From NCBI GenBank assembly GCA_032718475.1, contig JAUCBJ010008836.1:1-33779 (forward strand): a stretch of DNA of 33,779 nucleotides, given 5' to 3'. Positions 12,408 through 25,200 of the stretch are shown here, one piece after another (positions within the stretch are counted from its first letter, which is position 1; every line of letters starts with the position of its first letter). This DNA comes from Nemertoderma westbladi. Its lineage: Eukaryota > Animalia > Xenacoelomorpha. A model generated the notes under the pieces. The model saw nothing but the letters and a program-made list of their open reading frames with translations, did not search any database and was not told the DNA's origin. The position numbers and the translations under genes are program-made.

Positions 12408-13583
12408 CTCGGTAGCGTTCAGTGTCTCCCTCGCTAGGATACACTGCAGCGCGTCTAGGTCTATCTCAGCGAACCCCTCCGAGGCCAGCGCTTCTTCGGC
12501 TTGAGCGTCGATCACCTCCCAGCAGCGGTCTGTCAATTCCGGCTCCTCGAACAGTCGGGACTGAGCGAGGAGAACGCAAGCGTTCCTCGCCGATAAACTT
12601 GTTTCTAAATAAAGAACGCAAGCGCGTGCCATCGTGGGAACGAGATACTTCTTAGCTGCGTAGAGCGTAGCGAGGACATTGTCTGGTTCTAGGTTGATGT
12701 CGTCTGTGTAAAGGTAGTGAAGGAGAGCGAGAAATGCCTCCGGTTCAACATCCGGGATCTCTATAAGAACGTTGTCTCCGGGGGTCGCCATCCCGCCGTA
12801 GAACATCGCGTAGAACACGGAACTGCCAGTGGCCAACACGTACTTGTGGGACGGGACGATCTGCATGCCGTCCCCGGTCCCGACCTGGAAGCGAACGTCA
12901 GACATGAGTTCGTTGTTGAACATAACGGCGTTGCGTTGACGTACGCCGGGTTTACCGGCCTGCCAGTCGTACTGGTCGCTGTCCCCGCTGGCGAGAGGCC
13001 CCGTGGCGGACGGCATAGCGGATTGGATACCCCGCGGGTGCGAAACGTGTGGTAAGACCTCCTGATTGGTCGGCGGGCATTGCAGAAGGTGCTGGGAGAA
13101 TAAAAGCGGGGATTGTGAGGGGCCGTGATGGGTTGAAGAAGTGCAGGGTTTAGGGGAAGAGTTACGGTTTGAGTTCGGACTGTCCGGGGGTTGGTTGATC
13201 GATTTAGATGAACCTTGTAAGGAGGCTGCATTTACTGCGGCTGCGTTTAATGAGCTGCCAGAGGGAAGAGCGCAGCAGTCGGACTCCTTATTACCGAAGG
13301 ATCTCCGACGAACAACAGGTAAATTATGAATATCGGTAAGAGAATTGGTTCCCCCTGAGTTCTGAACAATGGGAACTAAAGGGGCGGCGATATTTGCGTT
13401 AACTACCGGTAATTGTTGCTGTAAGTTTGGTGAACGCGTGGCGCCACGCTGGTCACTATGTTGGTTGTTTGGGTTCGTTTCGGTGTCTGGCATCCGGTTG
13501 AAGTCTGGTTGTGGTTGGTTGACGTCCGGTGAACCGGGACTTGCATCTAGTTGGCGACCAGAGTTTCCTGGGTGATGTGACAT
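12408..13583 (-). CDS. BTBD3/6: BTB/POZ-BACK domain protein of the BTBD3/BTBD6 family, first coding exon (392 codons)
   Basis: DWQAGKPGVRQRNAVMFNNELMSDVRFQVG, HKYVLATGSSVFYAMFYGG, IPDVEPEAFLALLHYLYTD, LYAAKKYLVP, SRLFEEPELTDRCWEVIDAQAE, ILARETLN match the BTBD3/6 family. Ends at a phase-0 donor GAG|GTAAGT (12408/12407). Downstream BACK/PHR exons not recognised in the window. Confidence 0.92.
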
Positions 13584-14287
13584 CGTCCCAGTTCACAGTT
13601 CGTCAGTTGAAGAAACTTACAGACTTATAATTTGTCCTATCTCCTATCTGCCTATATCCAGTATCCAGATATCTGTATATCGTATAGGCAGATAGCTGGA
13701 TAGGGGCTTATCGTAAATCGCAATCTTGTCCGGAACAGGACGGTAATAGAGTACCGGCTGACCGGTAGTTCAATAGGTGTAATACAGTACTGCAGTACGG
13801 CAGTAATACTGAAGGCTGGAAGGCCTATGCTTTAAATGGCAGCATGGCGCCGCCACTGGTTGTCAGCATGGTTACGGCCAGAGGGTAAGTCAGGCCTATT
13901 GCTGTATTGCAGTCTGGCAGTATTGCCTGTCTATCTGCCTATCATTCCATCAGCTGATCAGCCATCCCATCACTGCATTTAATAATGAAACAAAGTAGGA
14001 GGGCCCTTAGAAGTCAATGGGAGCGGCAGCCATAATGTCGTAAATATTCCTTCCAGAACATGTATTTATTTAACATGGGGCGTATGCAGTTCATTAGTGA
14101 CACAGACAAAAGGAGACACGGTACCGGTAGTATATTTAAGGTAAGTTGATTATATCAGTCTATTGGACGTCTGACTCCACGGCTGCGGCTGGGGTATCCC
14201 AGTGAGCGTCCGTATACAATAATAGGGCTTCCCTTAATAATGGTAACACAATGTGTATACTGTAATATATTCTTTATACACCATGAC

Positions 14288-14346
14288 CAAGGACTTCTAG
14301 AACATAGTATATTCTAAGAATATATACTATGTTCTAGAAGTCCTTG
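14288..14346. mobile_element. 59-bp hairpin MITE with CAAGG...CCTTG ends and 7-bp TSD (P-superfamily-like)
   Basis: Perfect 25-bp inverted arms 14288-14312 / 14322-14346; CCATGAC duplicated at 14281-14287 and 14347-14353. Confidence 0.85.
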
Positions 14347-14756
14347 CCATGACCCGTAATATAGTGTCATTTTCTGATAACACGGACCCCCCCCCCCCCC
14401 TAATTTTTCTACAAACCTTTATCATATTGTTTGAAATTTGAAACACAAGAGTTGGTAGGCAACAGCGGTATGCCTATACAATATCTAAATTGCCTAGCTA
14501 ATCATACATAAACAAATTGTTCCAGAATTTTGTGTATTTATTAAATAGAATAAATGGCCTGCAGTGAACAATAATTCTTGCAATCTTTGAATGCCTATTT
14601 CTCAGCTGTTTCTCAACGAAATTCAGATATTGCTATTTGGAATCCTTGCAACGCAAGCTTTCTATTGATGTGAAAAAATTACGACTAAAAGTGAAGAATG
14701 GCAATGATACTTAGGGTGCGATTTCGCAAAAGACACTTTTAGTATAATTAGTATAA

Positions 14757-15130
14757 CAGGTGTAACAGGCTGAGATAAATCCCCACTAAATATGACTCCC
14801 CAGTCTTCTCAGCCTAGGCTGCGACCTGCGAACACTCACCAGTTTTCTCCCTAGATTTCGTAATTAACAAAAAGGAGCAGGTTACAGTGGCGGGCTTTTC
14901 TAACCAAAACATTAAATGTAATCTCAATAACATAGGTTACAGTTTTTGCAATATACGAAAATAAAACAGGTAGGCCTGCGGATATGAATTATAACTCAAT
15001 TAGGGGAGTCATCTCAGCCTAAGGGGAGTGTTCTCAGCCTAGGCTGAGACGACTGAGGAGTGTTCTCAGCCTAGGCTGAGACGACTAGGGAGTCATTTCA
15101 GGAGGGAGTTACCTCAGCCTTGTACACCGG
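14757..15130. mobile_element. MITE-like element with ~60-bp imperfect TIRs and CTCAGCCTAGGCTGAG palindromic subrepeats
   Basis: CAGGTGTAACAGGCTGAGATAAATCCC...ATGACTCCCCAGTCTTCTCAGCCTAGGCTG matches the reverse complement of ~15065-15130; no clear TSD. Confidence 0.65.
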
Positions 15131-15182
15131 CCGTGTCACTGAATTACGACACTATATTCTGGGACATGATGTAGTTTCTTTA

Positions 15183-15404
15183 GTAATTTAGCGGGAATGA
15201 TTGTAATTTAGCGGGCATGATTGTAATTTAGCGGGAATGATTGTAATTTAGCGGGAATGATTGTAATTTAGCGGGAATGATTGTAATTTAGCGGGCATGA
15301 TTGTAATTTGGCGGGAATGATTGTAATTTAGCGGGAATGATTGTAATTTAGCGGGAATGGTTGTAATTTAGCGGGAGTGATTGTAAAATCATTCCCGCTA
15401 AATT
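15183..15404. repeat. 20-bp tandem repeat x10 with a terminal inverted copy
   Basis: GTAATTTAGCGGGAATGATT x10 (15183-15382), then AATCATTCCCGCTAAATT at 15387-15404. Confidence 0.95.
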
Positions 15405-15618
15405 TATTAATAAACACTATACCGTTCATGTAGAAATATCGAATCATAAAGAAATTGGAAAAATATTGTCTACTTTAGCAACAGAATTCTAGAATTTACA
15501 TTTTTTAGTTTCCACAAAACGCAAATGTAATTTTATATAAATTTAACAGCTTACAATAATTAGTGTGTCATCGTAAAAGGATCTGATCTAGATAGGCCTA
15601 CCATTTACTTACATATTA

Positions 15619-16282
15619 ATGGCTGCGAGCGCAGACAGTGAAAATTATGGAGCGGAGCAGGTTGAAGTGCCGGGTTCGGGTTTAGTTGACGATCGGGCGG
15701 AAACAAGCAAGAAAGAAATGGAGAAAAGGAGACGAACGACGAGAAAGGGAAGTAATAAGGGAAAGAAGAGCAGGTCAAGGAGTCGCCGAGGTAAAGGAAG
15801 TAAGTCAAAGAGTCGAAGAGGAAAGGGGAAGAAAGGAAAGGGGAAGTCGAAAAGGAGAGGGTCGAACGTTAGAGGAAGACCGAGTGGCGGAGTGAAGGTC
15901 AGATTAAATATTCATTTGGGAATTATTTATTATCGTTTCTAATTAATTATGGGACCTCCATGTCATTATATTTATATTCTGATTGGTTTACTAGACTTAT
16001 TTTTTAGTATAAGATAACATTAGTCACAATTATTTAGAATTATATATAGCTACATAATTTGCTAGGTGAGATCATATTGTAACTAAAATTATTTGGTTCT
16101 CTTTTTATTATTTTAATTAGGATAAAAATATTCGAGGAATAAGTACCGGTACCAGAATTCGAGAAAATAGTGAAGCAAAGACTAGCACCAATCCAGCCAA
16201 GTCTCAAAAACGAGCAGAGATGACAGGATGGGAGTTCATGAAAATGGTTTCACACAACAAGAAAACATTACCTAAACCTTAG
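15619..16282 (+). CDS. Putative two-exon small basic (Arg/Lys/Ser/Gly-rich) protein, ~146 aa; join(15619..15897,16121..16282)
   Basis: Exon 1: acidic N-terminus then KRRRTTRKGSNKGKKSRSRSRRGKGSKSKSRRGKGKKGKGKSKRR. Phase-0 donor AAG|GTCAGA, AT-rich intron, acceptor TTTTAATTAG|, and exon 2 stays open for 53 codons (DKNIRG...MTGWEFMKMVSHNKKTLPKP*). Confidence 0.45.
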
Positions 16283-16410
16283 AGAAGAGAAAGGGAATGG
16301 AGTTGGTGTTGTTACATTACCTAAACGTTAGAGAAGAGAAAGGGAATGAGTTGGTGTTGTTACATTACCTAAACGTTAGAGAAGAGAAAGGGAATGAGTT
16401 GATGTTGTTA
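16265..16410. repeat. 48-bp tandem repeat x3
   Basis: ACATTACCTAAACGTTAGAGAAGAGAAAGGGAATGAGTTGGTGTTGTT, three near-identical copies. Confidence 0.9.
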
Positions 16411-19293
16411 AGGACTTTGTGGTCATATCTGTGGACATTGTTCATTTTATAGTACATTTTAATCAAATACTTTAACATTTAACTTAATTGTTCAGCATTG
16501 TACTGAATCGAATAATACAGTACAACTTAGGTAGACATTAATAGTCCGAAACTTTGTATGTTTTCACGCGGTCAGACGGTACTGTAGTCGGTCTGATGGT
16601 AGCGGTAGCCGGGTAGGGACCGCAGTGTAGCCTACTGCTGTACGGACTACTGTACTGGTAATTAAGCAACGGAATGCAGATCAGACCTAATGAACTGGCC
16701 TACCTCTGTAGTTTAACCCTTCACTATTTCAGTGAATTTATATTTCGCGAAGGGTTATTTGAATTTAAACGGTTATTATTTGAATTATAACCCCTATCTT
16801 TTTTGTTATGAATGCTATCGAACACTAAAAGTGCGAAATGTTTCCCCCTATCTGTAAGATTTTTTCCCCATAAAAATCCGGAGGGAAAGAAATCTAGGAA
16901 CCAAACGTTCTAACTAAATAAAAGTTTTAAGTTACAGAATAATAGAATAAAACTACGTTGGGGATTTCCGGCTAAATCACGAGTCAAATGAAACCACAGG
17001 AATGTTTTGAAAGGCGACTCGCCTTACCATTCGTTCTAGTTAAAGTAAAGGAAGGTTTTCTTTGTACCTTGGTTTAGGCTTTCCTAGGGAAACTGAAAGT
17101 AAACAAACCAGTAGGCGGACCTGAATACACCTACGCCGTGTAGAATGCCCTACACACAATCCAAACCAGTCAAATTTACCTCACAAACCTGCTCAGAGCA
17201 AGCGAACCCACCCGCCCAATGATGGTTGGCAGATCCTGGAAGCTAACTAGTGTAGACCGTGGAGCATCCACATCCCACATCATCGATCTCGCATTGAACG
17301 ACTCGCCCGCGCCCGTTAACGATAAGGTGCCTCTCCCGTCATCCGTCTTAGTAACCAGTCAACCTAAGGTCGGCCATAATCCGACCTTGGCGTGACGCTA
17401 AGAGTTTTAATCCGTATACCAGTAACCGATAGTTCACCCCCATAAGGCCAAAGGCCTTTTAGATCAAGGCCCGAAAGCCTAAAGGAAAATATAGTTTGAA
17501 ACTTGGAATACTATATTTTAGATTGCCTGGAAACCTTTGATGAAAACTAAGCTTCTAACTTCCTAAGAAAGGTAAGGTGGAGTACAAAGACTCATGAAAA
17601 TATACCGGTGACAAAATATCTTCTAAACCAACGTAGAAATATATCACTAACAATATAAATAATTGTGATCAACTAATCAAATAACTTTAACTTATACAAC
17701 CGGTAGAATAATATTGGCAAATTGTGAATTTTGAACACCGTGAATCAAGACTAAAATAATTATGTAACAACTGTATTATATCAGGACAATAAACAGGGCC
17801 GCTTTATCAATATCAAGGCCCCTACTCCTCTAGGCGGTAATGTAGGTTATATCAGCTGACCAATAGGAAGCTAGCTACCTTTACTACACAGCATTTTCCC
17901 TAATGCATTTTCCGCCTAAGTAAACAGTTTAACCAATATAATAATATTGTTACAGGGAGCCACTCGGATGGAGAGGATTAATTGAAATCAATATAATACA
18001 ATACTATAACCGGCACATTATCTAAGGCTATCTGACGGCTTGTAAAATATAGCACATGAATTTAACTAAATATAATTTCCGGTCAAATAAATTAATTCCT
18101 GCTAAGAATATTATTATAAATTTTGCCAACAAAAATATAAAATATCCGCTGTAGCTGAAACCTGTAAAGCTATAATTTGGACCAAAAATAAGTAAATAAC
18201 GGAGCGGGTGCCAAAAAAGTGACACTACTCCCTCGGGTTCCTATTAACCAAGGGACACGAAATTAATCATTAAGCATTAAGCGCAGTTATATACATACAG
18301 TACTACATAAGTAAAATAAATGTTTGACTCAAAACAAATTGCTTCAGTATGTAAAAAAAAAAACTTTCATCAATATAAAACGAACAAAGAATTAGCCGAA
18401 CACAATATTCAACTAGAACATATACTTGTATATATTTAATTAATTAGGATTAATTCGATAAATGAGTTTAGTTTAGTATATTCGAACGGGTTCAATCTTG
18501 TGGGTTACGAGATACCTTTGTATTCTCAATAAAGGTTTCCGAATTCGTGAGAATGATTGACAAATGATTGGTAATGTATGTAAGCGTCTAATCTTCATCC
18601 TTTCTTCCTAACCTCCCTGGAAGTCGAGATGAGGTGGGACAATGGTCGGTCAAATAGTTTAAATAGACCGAAATCGTGATCCAATGTGATTATAGCATTG
18701 TCATATCCGAGTTGGGAAGAAACTCATTATAGGACCCGTAAGAAGGCGAACGGTTACCAGGCATACTATCTCTGTATTAAATGAGAGACATTTCAGTTTT
18801 TAGATCGCCATCTGTCTGCCACATTTCGTCATTCTTTATAACGTGGCACACTAATACAATAATTGTGAGCCAAAAAAGTTTATATGTACCCAGAAATTAA
18901 CGTTGATTGTTGATGTGGCAAGGAACGGAAGGGGTCTGCCGCCGCCGCAAGAAAGAATGAAGGGGAGGTCTCGACCCCACGGATCAACCAGAGAGTTCCC
19001 AGAGTCCAATGAAAGGCCGTAACCAATCACCATAACAAATTGGGCTTAAAATAAATGTCTGAGCATAAAATAAATGTAGGCCTACCTTATATAATGGCCA
19101 AAGCACATAAATACATACAAATCAGAGCATACTCTCTTAATATAACGGCCAAGCATATATACAAATCAGAGCACACACTCGAGGATTAAGGGTGATTGGG
19201 GACCACAACAAGAATTACAAGACTGAGCGGCATCCTGCTCCCTGATTTACCCGAGGGGTGACTCACACAGATGTGTGCCGCAAATTGCCAATT

Positions 19294-22200
19294 TTATCTA
19301 TTTGAACTAGATAATGTTGGAGCTGGCTCCAGCATAGCTAGTCTCTGGACAGGTCTGTCCAGAATCGATCCAATGGATGTTTTCACTGTTACAGTCCTGA
19401 TAAGATTATTTTTATCACTTTTAGTTGCCATGACAACAGCTGACAACCAATGCCGACGGGGAATATTCTCACCTTGGAGGAGAACTAAGTCTCCTACTTT
19501 TAAATTTAATTGCTCCTTCCGCCACTTAGGCGCTAAAGATATTTTTCTTAAATATCCTTCGGACCAGTGGTCCCAAAAGCAATCACTAACAATTTGTGAG
19601 CGCTTCCATGCAGACTTACAACTAAATGACAGCTTGTCATCATTCAGTTCGCGTGGAACTGGCACAAATGGTTCATAACCAAGGATGTGCGCAGGGGTGA
19701 TAACCTGGGGCTGATGTAAATCGCTTGTGATCAGTTCAAGTGGGCGCGCATTGAGCATCCCCTCGATTTCAATGAGGACAGTTTGGAGTTGCTCATCGGT
19801 TAAATTTGAGGTAAGAGGGATAATTTTATTCATTGAGTGTTTGATTACCCCGATTTCCCTCTCCCAAATTCCACCTCGCCACTTTGCAGATGGGGTATTG
19901 AATAACCAATCGATTTGGTGCAATTTAAGATGATCTTGGATCACCTGGTGGTTCCATGAATTACACCAAAGCTTAAGCCTATTTGAAGCACCAATGAAAT
20001 TTTTGGCTGAGTCGCAATATATCGTTTTAACCTCACCACGACGGGATGTGAAACGTCGGAAGGCTAATAATAGTGATTCAGTGTCACAACCAATTACACG
20101 ATCGAGATGAGCAGCTCTAGTAGCTAGGCATGTAAAAATTATGCCCCAGCGCTTAACCAATGATCTATTTTGTGTGCAGTTGTATGGGCCCCAAAGATCA
20201 ATACCTGTTCTAGAAAAAGGTTTTTCATGAGGTGTGACTCGATGTGCTGGCAGCTGGCCCATTTTTTGATTTAACAATGGAGCATTCCAACGCCTGCAAG
20301 GGATGCAGCTGCGCAGGATTTCGTTTAGTGCAGCAGTCGGCTTATCAAGCCAGAACCTTTGCCTCAGTTTGGATGAGATTATAGATCGATTAGCATGCAT
20401 ATTCTGCAAATGTATGTCAAGTATCATTTGCTTTTGGATTTCTCCACCTGGAATTAAAATGGGTTTAATATAATTTTCTGAATACGGCCCATTTTGGAGG
20501 CGAGTCTGGATTTTAATCAGGCCATCCTCCAATAACAGGTCATATTTATTCAAGGTGGATGTTTTAGAAATCGGTTTACCTAACTTCAATGCATCATATT
20601 CTGTGGGATATGAATCTCGCTGATACATCTCCAACAAATGTATTTCAGCCGCAAAATATTCATCTCGTGAAGGTACAATGACTAAAGTGTTACTGTCATC
20701 GAGTGGTTCAAGGTTCTTTAACCTTCTCGATTGTCGCTGCGGCTTTGCAGAGGCCCCACTGTATAAACATTGTAGCCACTTTTTAGCTACAATTTTGCAC
20801 AGTGCTAACACTCTGACTGCTCGCGACCAACAACCAATGGTCTTCAAATGAGACAAGACAACATCAGGGAGTTCATCTTTCGCTACTATTACAGTTGCTG
20901 TAATTTCAGGAGCTGCTCCCATGGTTAAATCTGTGCGTGCTGTTCCCATGGAAGACTTTGACAATGCTACTCCCATGGTTGGCCCAGTGGGTTCTACTCC
21001 CATAGTGGAATCCCGGGCTTTAGACTTGTTGGGAAGCTTTGGAGGAGGTTTAACTTCGAGAAGAGTCTCATCATGTTTGGTAGGGGTAGGCTGTTGAGGC
21101 CAATACTCAATCTGTTTCAATAAAAATGATGGACCATTGTTCCATAGTTTATTATTTTTCAGTTCTTGGATGCTACACCCACGTGATGCTACATCGGCAG
21201 GATTCTCATCACCGGGGCACCAATGCCATTGATCAAGGCTAGATCGATCCAATATTTGGGCGCGTCGATTTGCAGTGTAGGTTTTCAAACTTTTTTCTGT
21301 TGATAGATATAGAAGAACTAATTTGGCATCTGTCCAGAAATATAAGCTTGTTCTAAATCCTAGCTGTGCTTGAGCATCAATAGCTACTTCTGATGCAAGC
21401 ACTGCAGCCAACAATTCTGCACGCGGAATAGACACAAATGAGTTTGTTCGTATGACATGTGCCTTGGAAGTTAGGAAGGCGATTTGAATTTCATGGGTCA
21501 CTCTTCGAATGTATAATACAGTTCCAATAGCTAGCTGTGATGCATCACTGAATGCATGGATTTCATATGTTGCATTTGAGTCATCATTAGAAAAATAGTT
21601 CCTTGGAATCCTCAGTGAATCCACATCAGCTATCTGTTTAGACCACTCATTCCAGCGTTTCAGTATTTCTGAATCAGTTATGGGATCATCCCACCCAAGC
21701 CTACTTAACCATAGTTGCTGAAATATCAACCGGCCAATGAGGACAACTGGGCTGATAAATCCTACTGGATCGAAAAAGCTCGCTGTTTGGCTCAAAATAA
21801 GTCTTTTTGTCCAGTGTCGGGGGTTTTTAAATGGCTTCCATCTGACATAGAGAGTATCTTCATTGGGATTCCACCCCAATCCCAGAGATTTTGCTTCTGG
21901 AATCATGTTTACAAGTAAATCTGCATCCTGTATTGAGCGGTGTTGTTCAGGAATTGCCTGAAGGAATTCTTTCGAATTGCTACAGAATTTCAAAAGGTTG
22001 AAGCCACCCAGTTTAAGACATTCAATCAGTTGCTTGGCAACAGAGATTTCTGTCATTAGCTGAGTCCCAGTTCTGAAGCAATCATCAAAATAAAAGTCTC
22101 TAAGGATAGTAGTTAAGACCTCAGGGTCGAACTCATGACCAAAGTCTTTGCCAGTCTGATTGACATCGTGTATGACAATGCATGGCGAATCTAATTTTCC

Positions 22201-25200
22201 GAATACATGAACAGTAAACCAGAATTCCTTTGGCTCTCCTTTCATAGTTCTATCAGGCCACCAGAGAAATCGAAGTGAGTCACGGTCTTCTTCTGGGACA
22301 AAGACTTGATGAAACATAGCCTCAATATCTGAATTCCATGCTATTGAATACTGCCGAAATCGTAGAAGTATGCCAAACAAGTTGTTTATTATATTAGGGC
22401 CACTAAGCAGTTCATCATTTAGCGACTTTCCACGGAAGGTTGAAGATGCATTGCACACTACACGGACTTTACCCGGTTTATCCGGATGTGTTACAGCATG
22501 GTGAGGCAGATAATTTGTACGTGAAGTCGTTCTTTCTGGATCTGGAACAGGAACTAGGTAACCTTGTTGGATATAATTGTCTATCTGGGCATAGTACAGA
22601 TCTTGAAGCTCATTGTTTTGTAGTAATTTCTTACGCAGTGCATTAGCTTGTCTTAATGCAACTTCTCTATTATTAGGGAGTCGAGGTGTATCACGTTTCC
22701 ACAACATGCTTGTCTGGTAATGACCATTGCTCAGGTGTGTAGTTGTTGACTGAAGAATTTCGTTTGCACGCTTCTCCAATGGGCTAGTGGATATATTCCA
22801 TGAGCCAGGCTCTGGGGTATCCTTTTGCATATACCGATTTATGTCATCTGTGAATTGGTTAGTGATCTGTAAGACTTGTTGTACCGTATCATGTAGATCT
22901 ACAGGTAGATCTGTATTTGCTAAATGATCGATGAGATTAGGGTCTTCTGTTAGTTCATTACAAACATCAACAAATTCATCTGGATTGGAGATTTGGAACA
23001 CAGCTAAAGGTTGAATTTCAGGGGAAGTTTCATCATCTGAATTATCTTGAGAGTTTCTTGTTGAAAATCTGTGTCGCTCCAAAACACTAGGGTGAGGAGC
23101 TCTCTTGTACCACCCAAATACAGTTTGTGCTGCTCGTGCTTGATGTGGTTTTGGGTTGGGAGGACGATACTTATATATATGGTGTGCCTCAAAGATATCT
23201 TGACCAATTAGCAATATGGTACGATTGTCATCAGTGAACTTCAATGATGGAATTTTAAGTTTGTCAGTAAAATATTGTTGTTCCTTCAAAGACCAAGACT
23301 TAGGACTGGAAAAGGAATCGGCTAAGCCATCTATCGCTTTGAGATGAATGTTATTCATTGGAAGTTGCTTTTCATTATAATCTAGTTTTGGAAATGGGGA
23401 ATCTAACTGACATTTAAGACTGCCAACCATCATACTCTGATCACTATTTAAAGTTGAGACCTTGATCAGTTTGAGGGGACCCAATGGCCCAAGTTCCTTG
23501 GCTACTGAGATATCAATGTAGGAGCTTGTGCTTGCTGTATCTAATACAGCATTGAGAACTCGACTAGAATATTTACCAGTTACCAGAATAGGGAGCACAT
23601 TAAAAGATCGCATGTAATTAGTTGATGTCACACTCTTGAAGCTGCACTCATCTTCAAAATAATTTTCATCTTCCGAAAGGATGAATGAAGAATCATACAA
23701 ATTATCATCGTCGTGGTTTTCAGACTCCTCACTACCTTCCTCAGCATCGCTAAATGTCACCTTTGATGTTTTGTTTTTAGGGGGATACTTAGTCTTAGTG
23801 GTAGTCTTCGATGGAGTAGATTTGGATGAGGTTGTTGTTAACTTCTTGGATGATATTGGTCCTTGTGGTACATGTACAGGAAGTGTTGGCGATGGAGATT
23901 TGGTAGATGCTGGAGTCACCTCAGCACCAACTGATGACTTCAAGAAAGTTCCAGCATGTAGTGCTCCAGAACTATCATCATGCAAAGATTCATGGTGACG
24001 TTTAGTACATTTTGTACAGGTTTGAGTAGATGTGCACTGACGTACTAGGTGATTGTAGCTTAAGCACAGATAGCATAAACTAAGCGACCTCGCGAGCATT
24101 CGTTTAGTTTGAAGTGGTAAAGCCATATAAGTGTTACATTGAACCATAGTTCGGTGGTGACCATTACATACAGGACAATGAATTCGGGTGCTATGTTTAT
24201 CTTTCATGTTGTTACAACTCTCCCTGACTAATTTGGTCATCTCAGAGAGGACTGTAAAGACTGAACCAGTGGTGTCACTCTCTGAAATATTATTTGAAGC
24301 AGTTTGTTCATCTTCAATGACTAATTTATGGGTTTTTTCATGACCTCGATGACTGGAAGTTACTCTAGTGGAATCTGGAAAGGACAAGGGTGTTACCCCT
24401 ACCTGATTCGGTAGATTCATTGCCCTTGACTCATCTTTAACTAAACGAGTAAAATCTCGCAAAGTTTCTTGGAGCCCACGGTCTCGAATTGACCGGACTT
24501 CTCTTTTCCACTTTCTCTGGAGTTCATTGGGAAGCCTATTGGCCATTGCGGCAATGGCATCCCAATTCTGTAATAATGATTGCTGTCCAAATTGGTGTAA
24601 TGTTCTAAGGCCTGCCTGAAGCTCCTGGTTAAAAAAGAAGAGACCCTGATTTCCTTTTATAGGAGGGCCACTTCTCAGTTTATGGCTGATATTACCAGAG
24701 AGGACTCGGGGGTCACCATAATAGGTTTCAAGTTCTTCCCAAGCATCTGCAAACTCATCAGGTGTACCTCTCAGGCCTTCTACCATTTTCAGGGGTGGAC
24801 CTTCTAAAAATGTTAATAAATATGCAAACTTCTCATGCTCAGAGAAGTCCTTTGTAACAACAAAGTCAGTGAATTCTAAGTAAAAATTGCACCATTGTTC
24901 AGGTTTTCCCGAAAACTTGGCAATTTTCATCTCAGGCAAGTTCTTCCTGGCCTGCAGTTCCTTCATAGTTCTAGCAAAGGCATTGCGATCATCATAGTAA
25001 TTATGATGACCAATCGGGCGCATAATTTGCCTTGAAGGTCCTGGTGGCACATGATAGGGAATTGCACCTTCACTTGGGTCTAAATTAATGGGCTCTTGGT
25101 TTGATCTAGGGTTGTGAAAATTTTTGTTTTGATGTGTTTGATCTGATCGATGACCATGGTGCCCAGAATTTAACCGTCCGTGGTCAACTCTAGCTTGATT

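Larger units (their letters stand above)
9624..12445. repeat. 41-bp minisatellite (~38 copies) derived from the BTBD exon end + splice donor, interrupted at 10541-11743
   Basis: Unit CTAGGATACACTTACC(T/C)CGGTAGCGTTCAGTGTCTCCCCCA; the rightmost copy is the coding exon terminus (CILARETLNATE|GTAAGT on -). Confidence 0.97.
14279..15171. mobile_element. Degenerate Tc1/mariner-like MITE (TA-flanked) hosting two nested insertions
   Basis: After removing the 14288-14346 insert, left TA|CACCATGACCCGTAATATAGTGTC...ACACGG matches the reverse complement of right CCGTGT...GACACTATATTCTGGGACATGATG|TA (~31/43 by eye). Confidence 0.6.

Noticed and set aside
10466-12444. Short ORFs in the minisatellite and transposon (e.g. 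10557-10964, 11033-11374, 11773-11967)
   Set aside because: Translations of repeats with no recognisable domain.
9624-12445. CRISPR array interpretation of the 41-bp repeats
   Set aside because: No unique spacers, no cas genes, eukaryotic context; the unit derives from the adjacent exon.
16713-16720. TTAA|CCCT piggyBac-like end
   Set aside because: No matching AGGG|TTAA partner or TIR found.
18850-19290. 3' LTR of BEL 2
   Set aside because: No clear PPT or TG..CA boundary, and no matching copy upstream of 26041.
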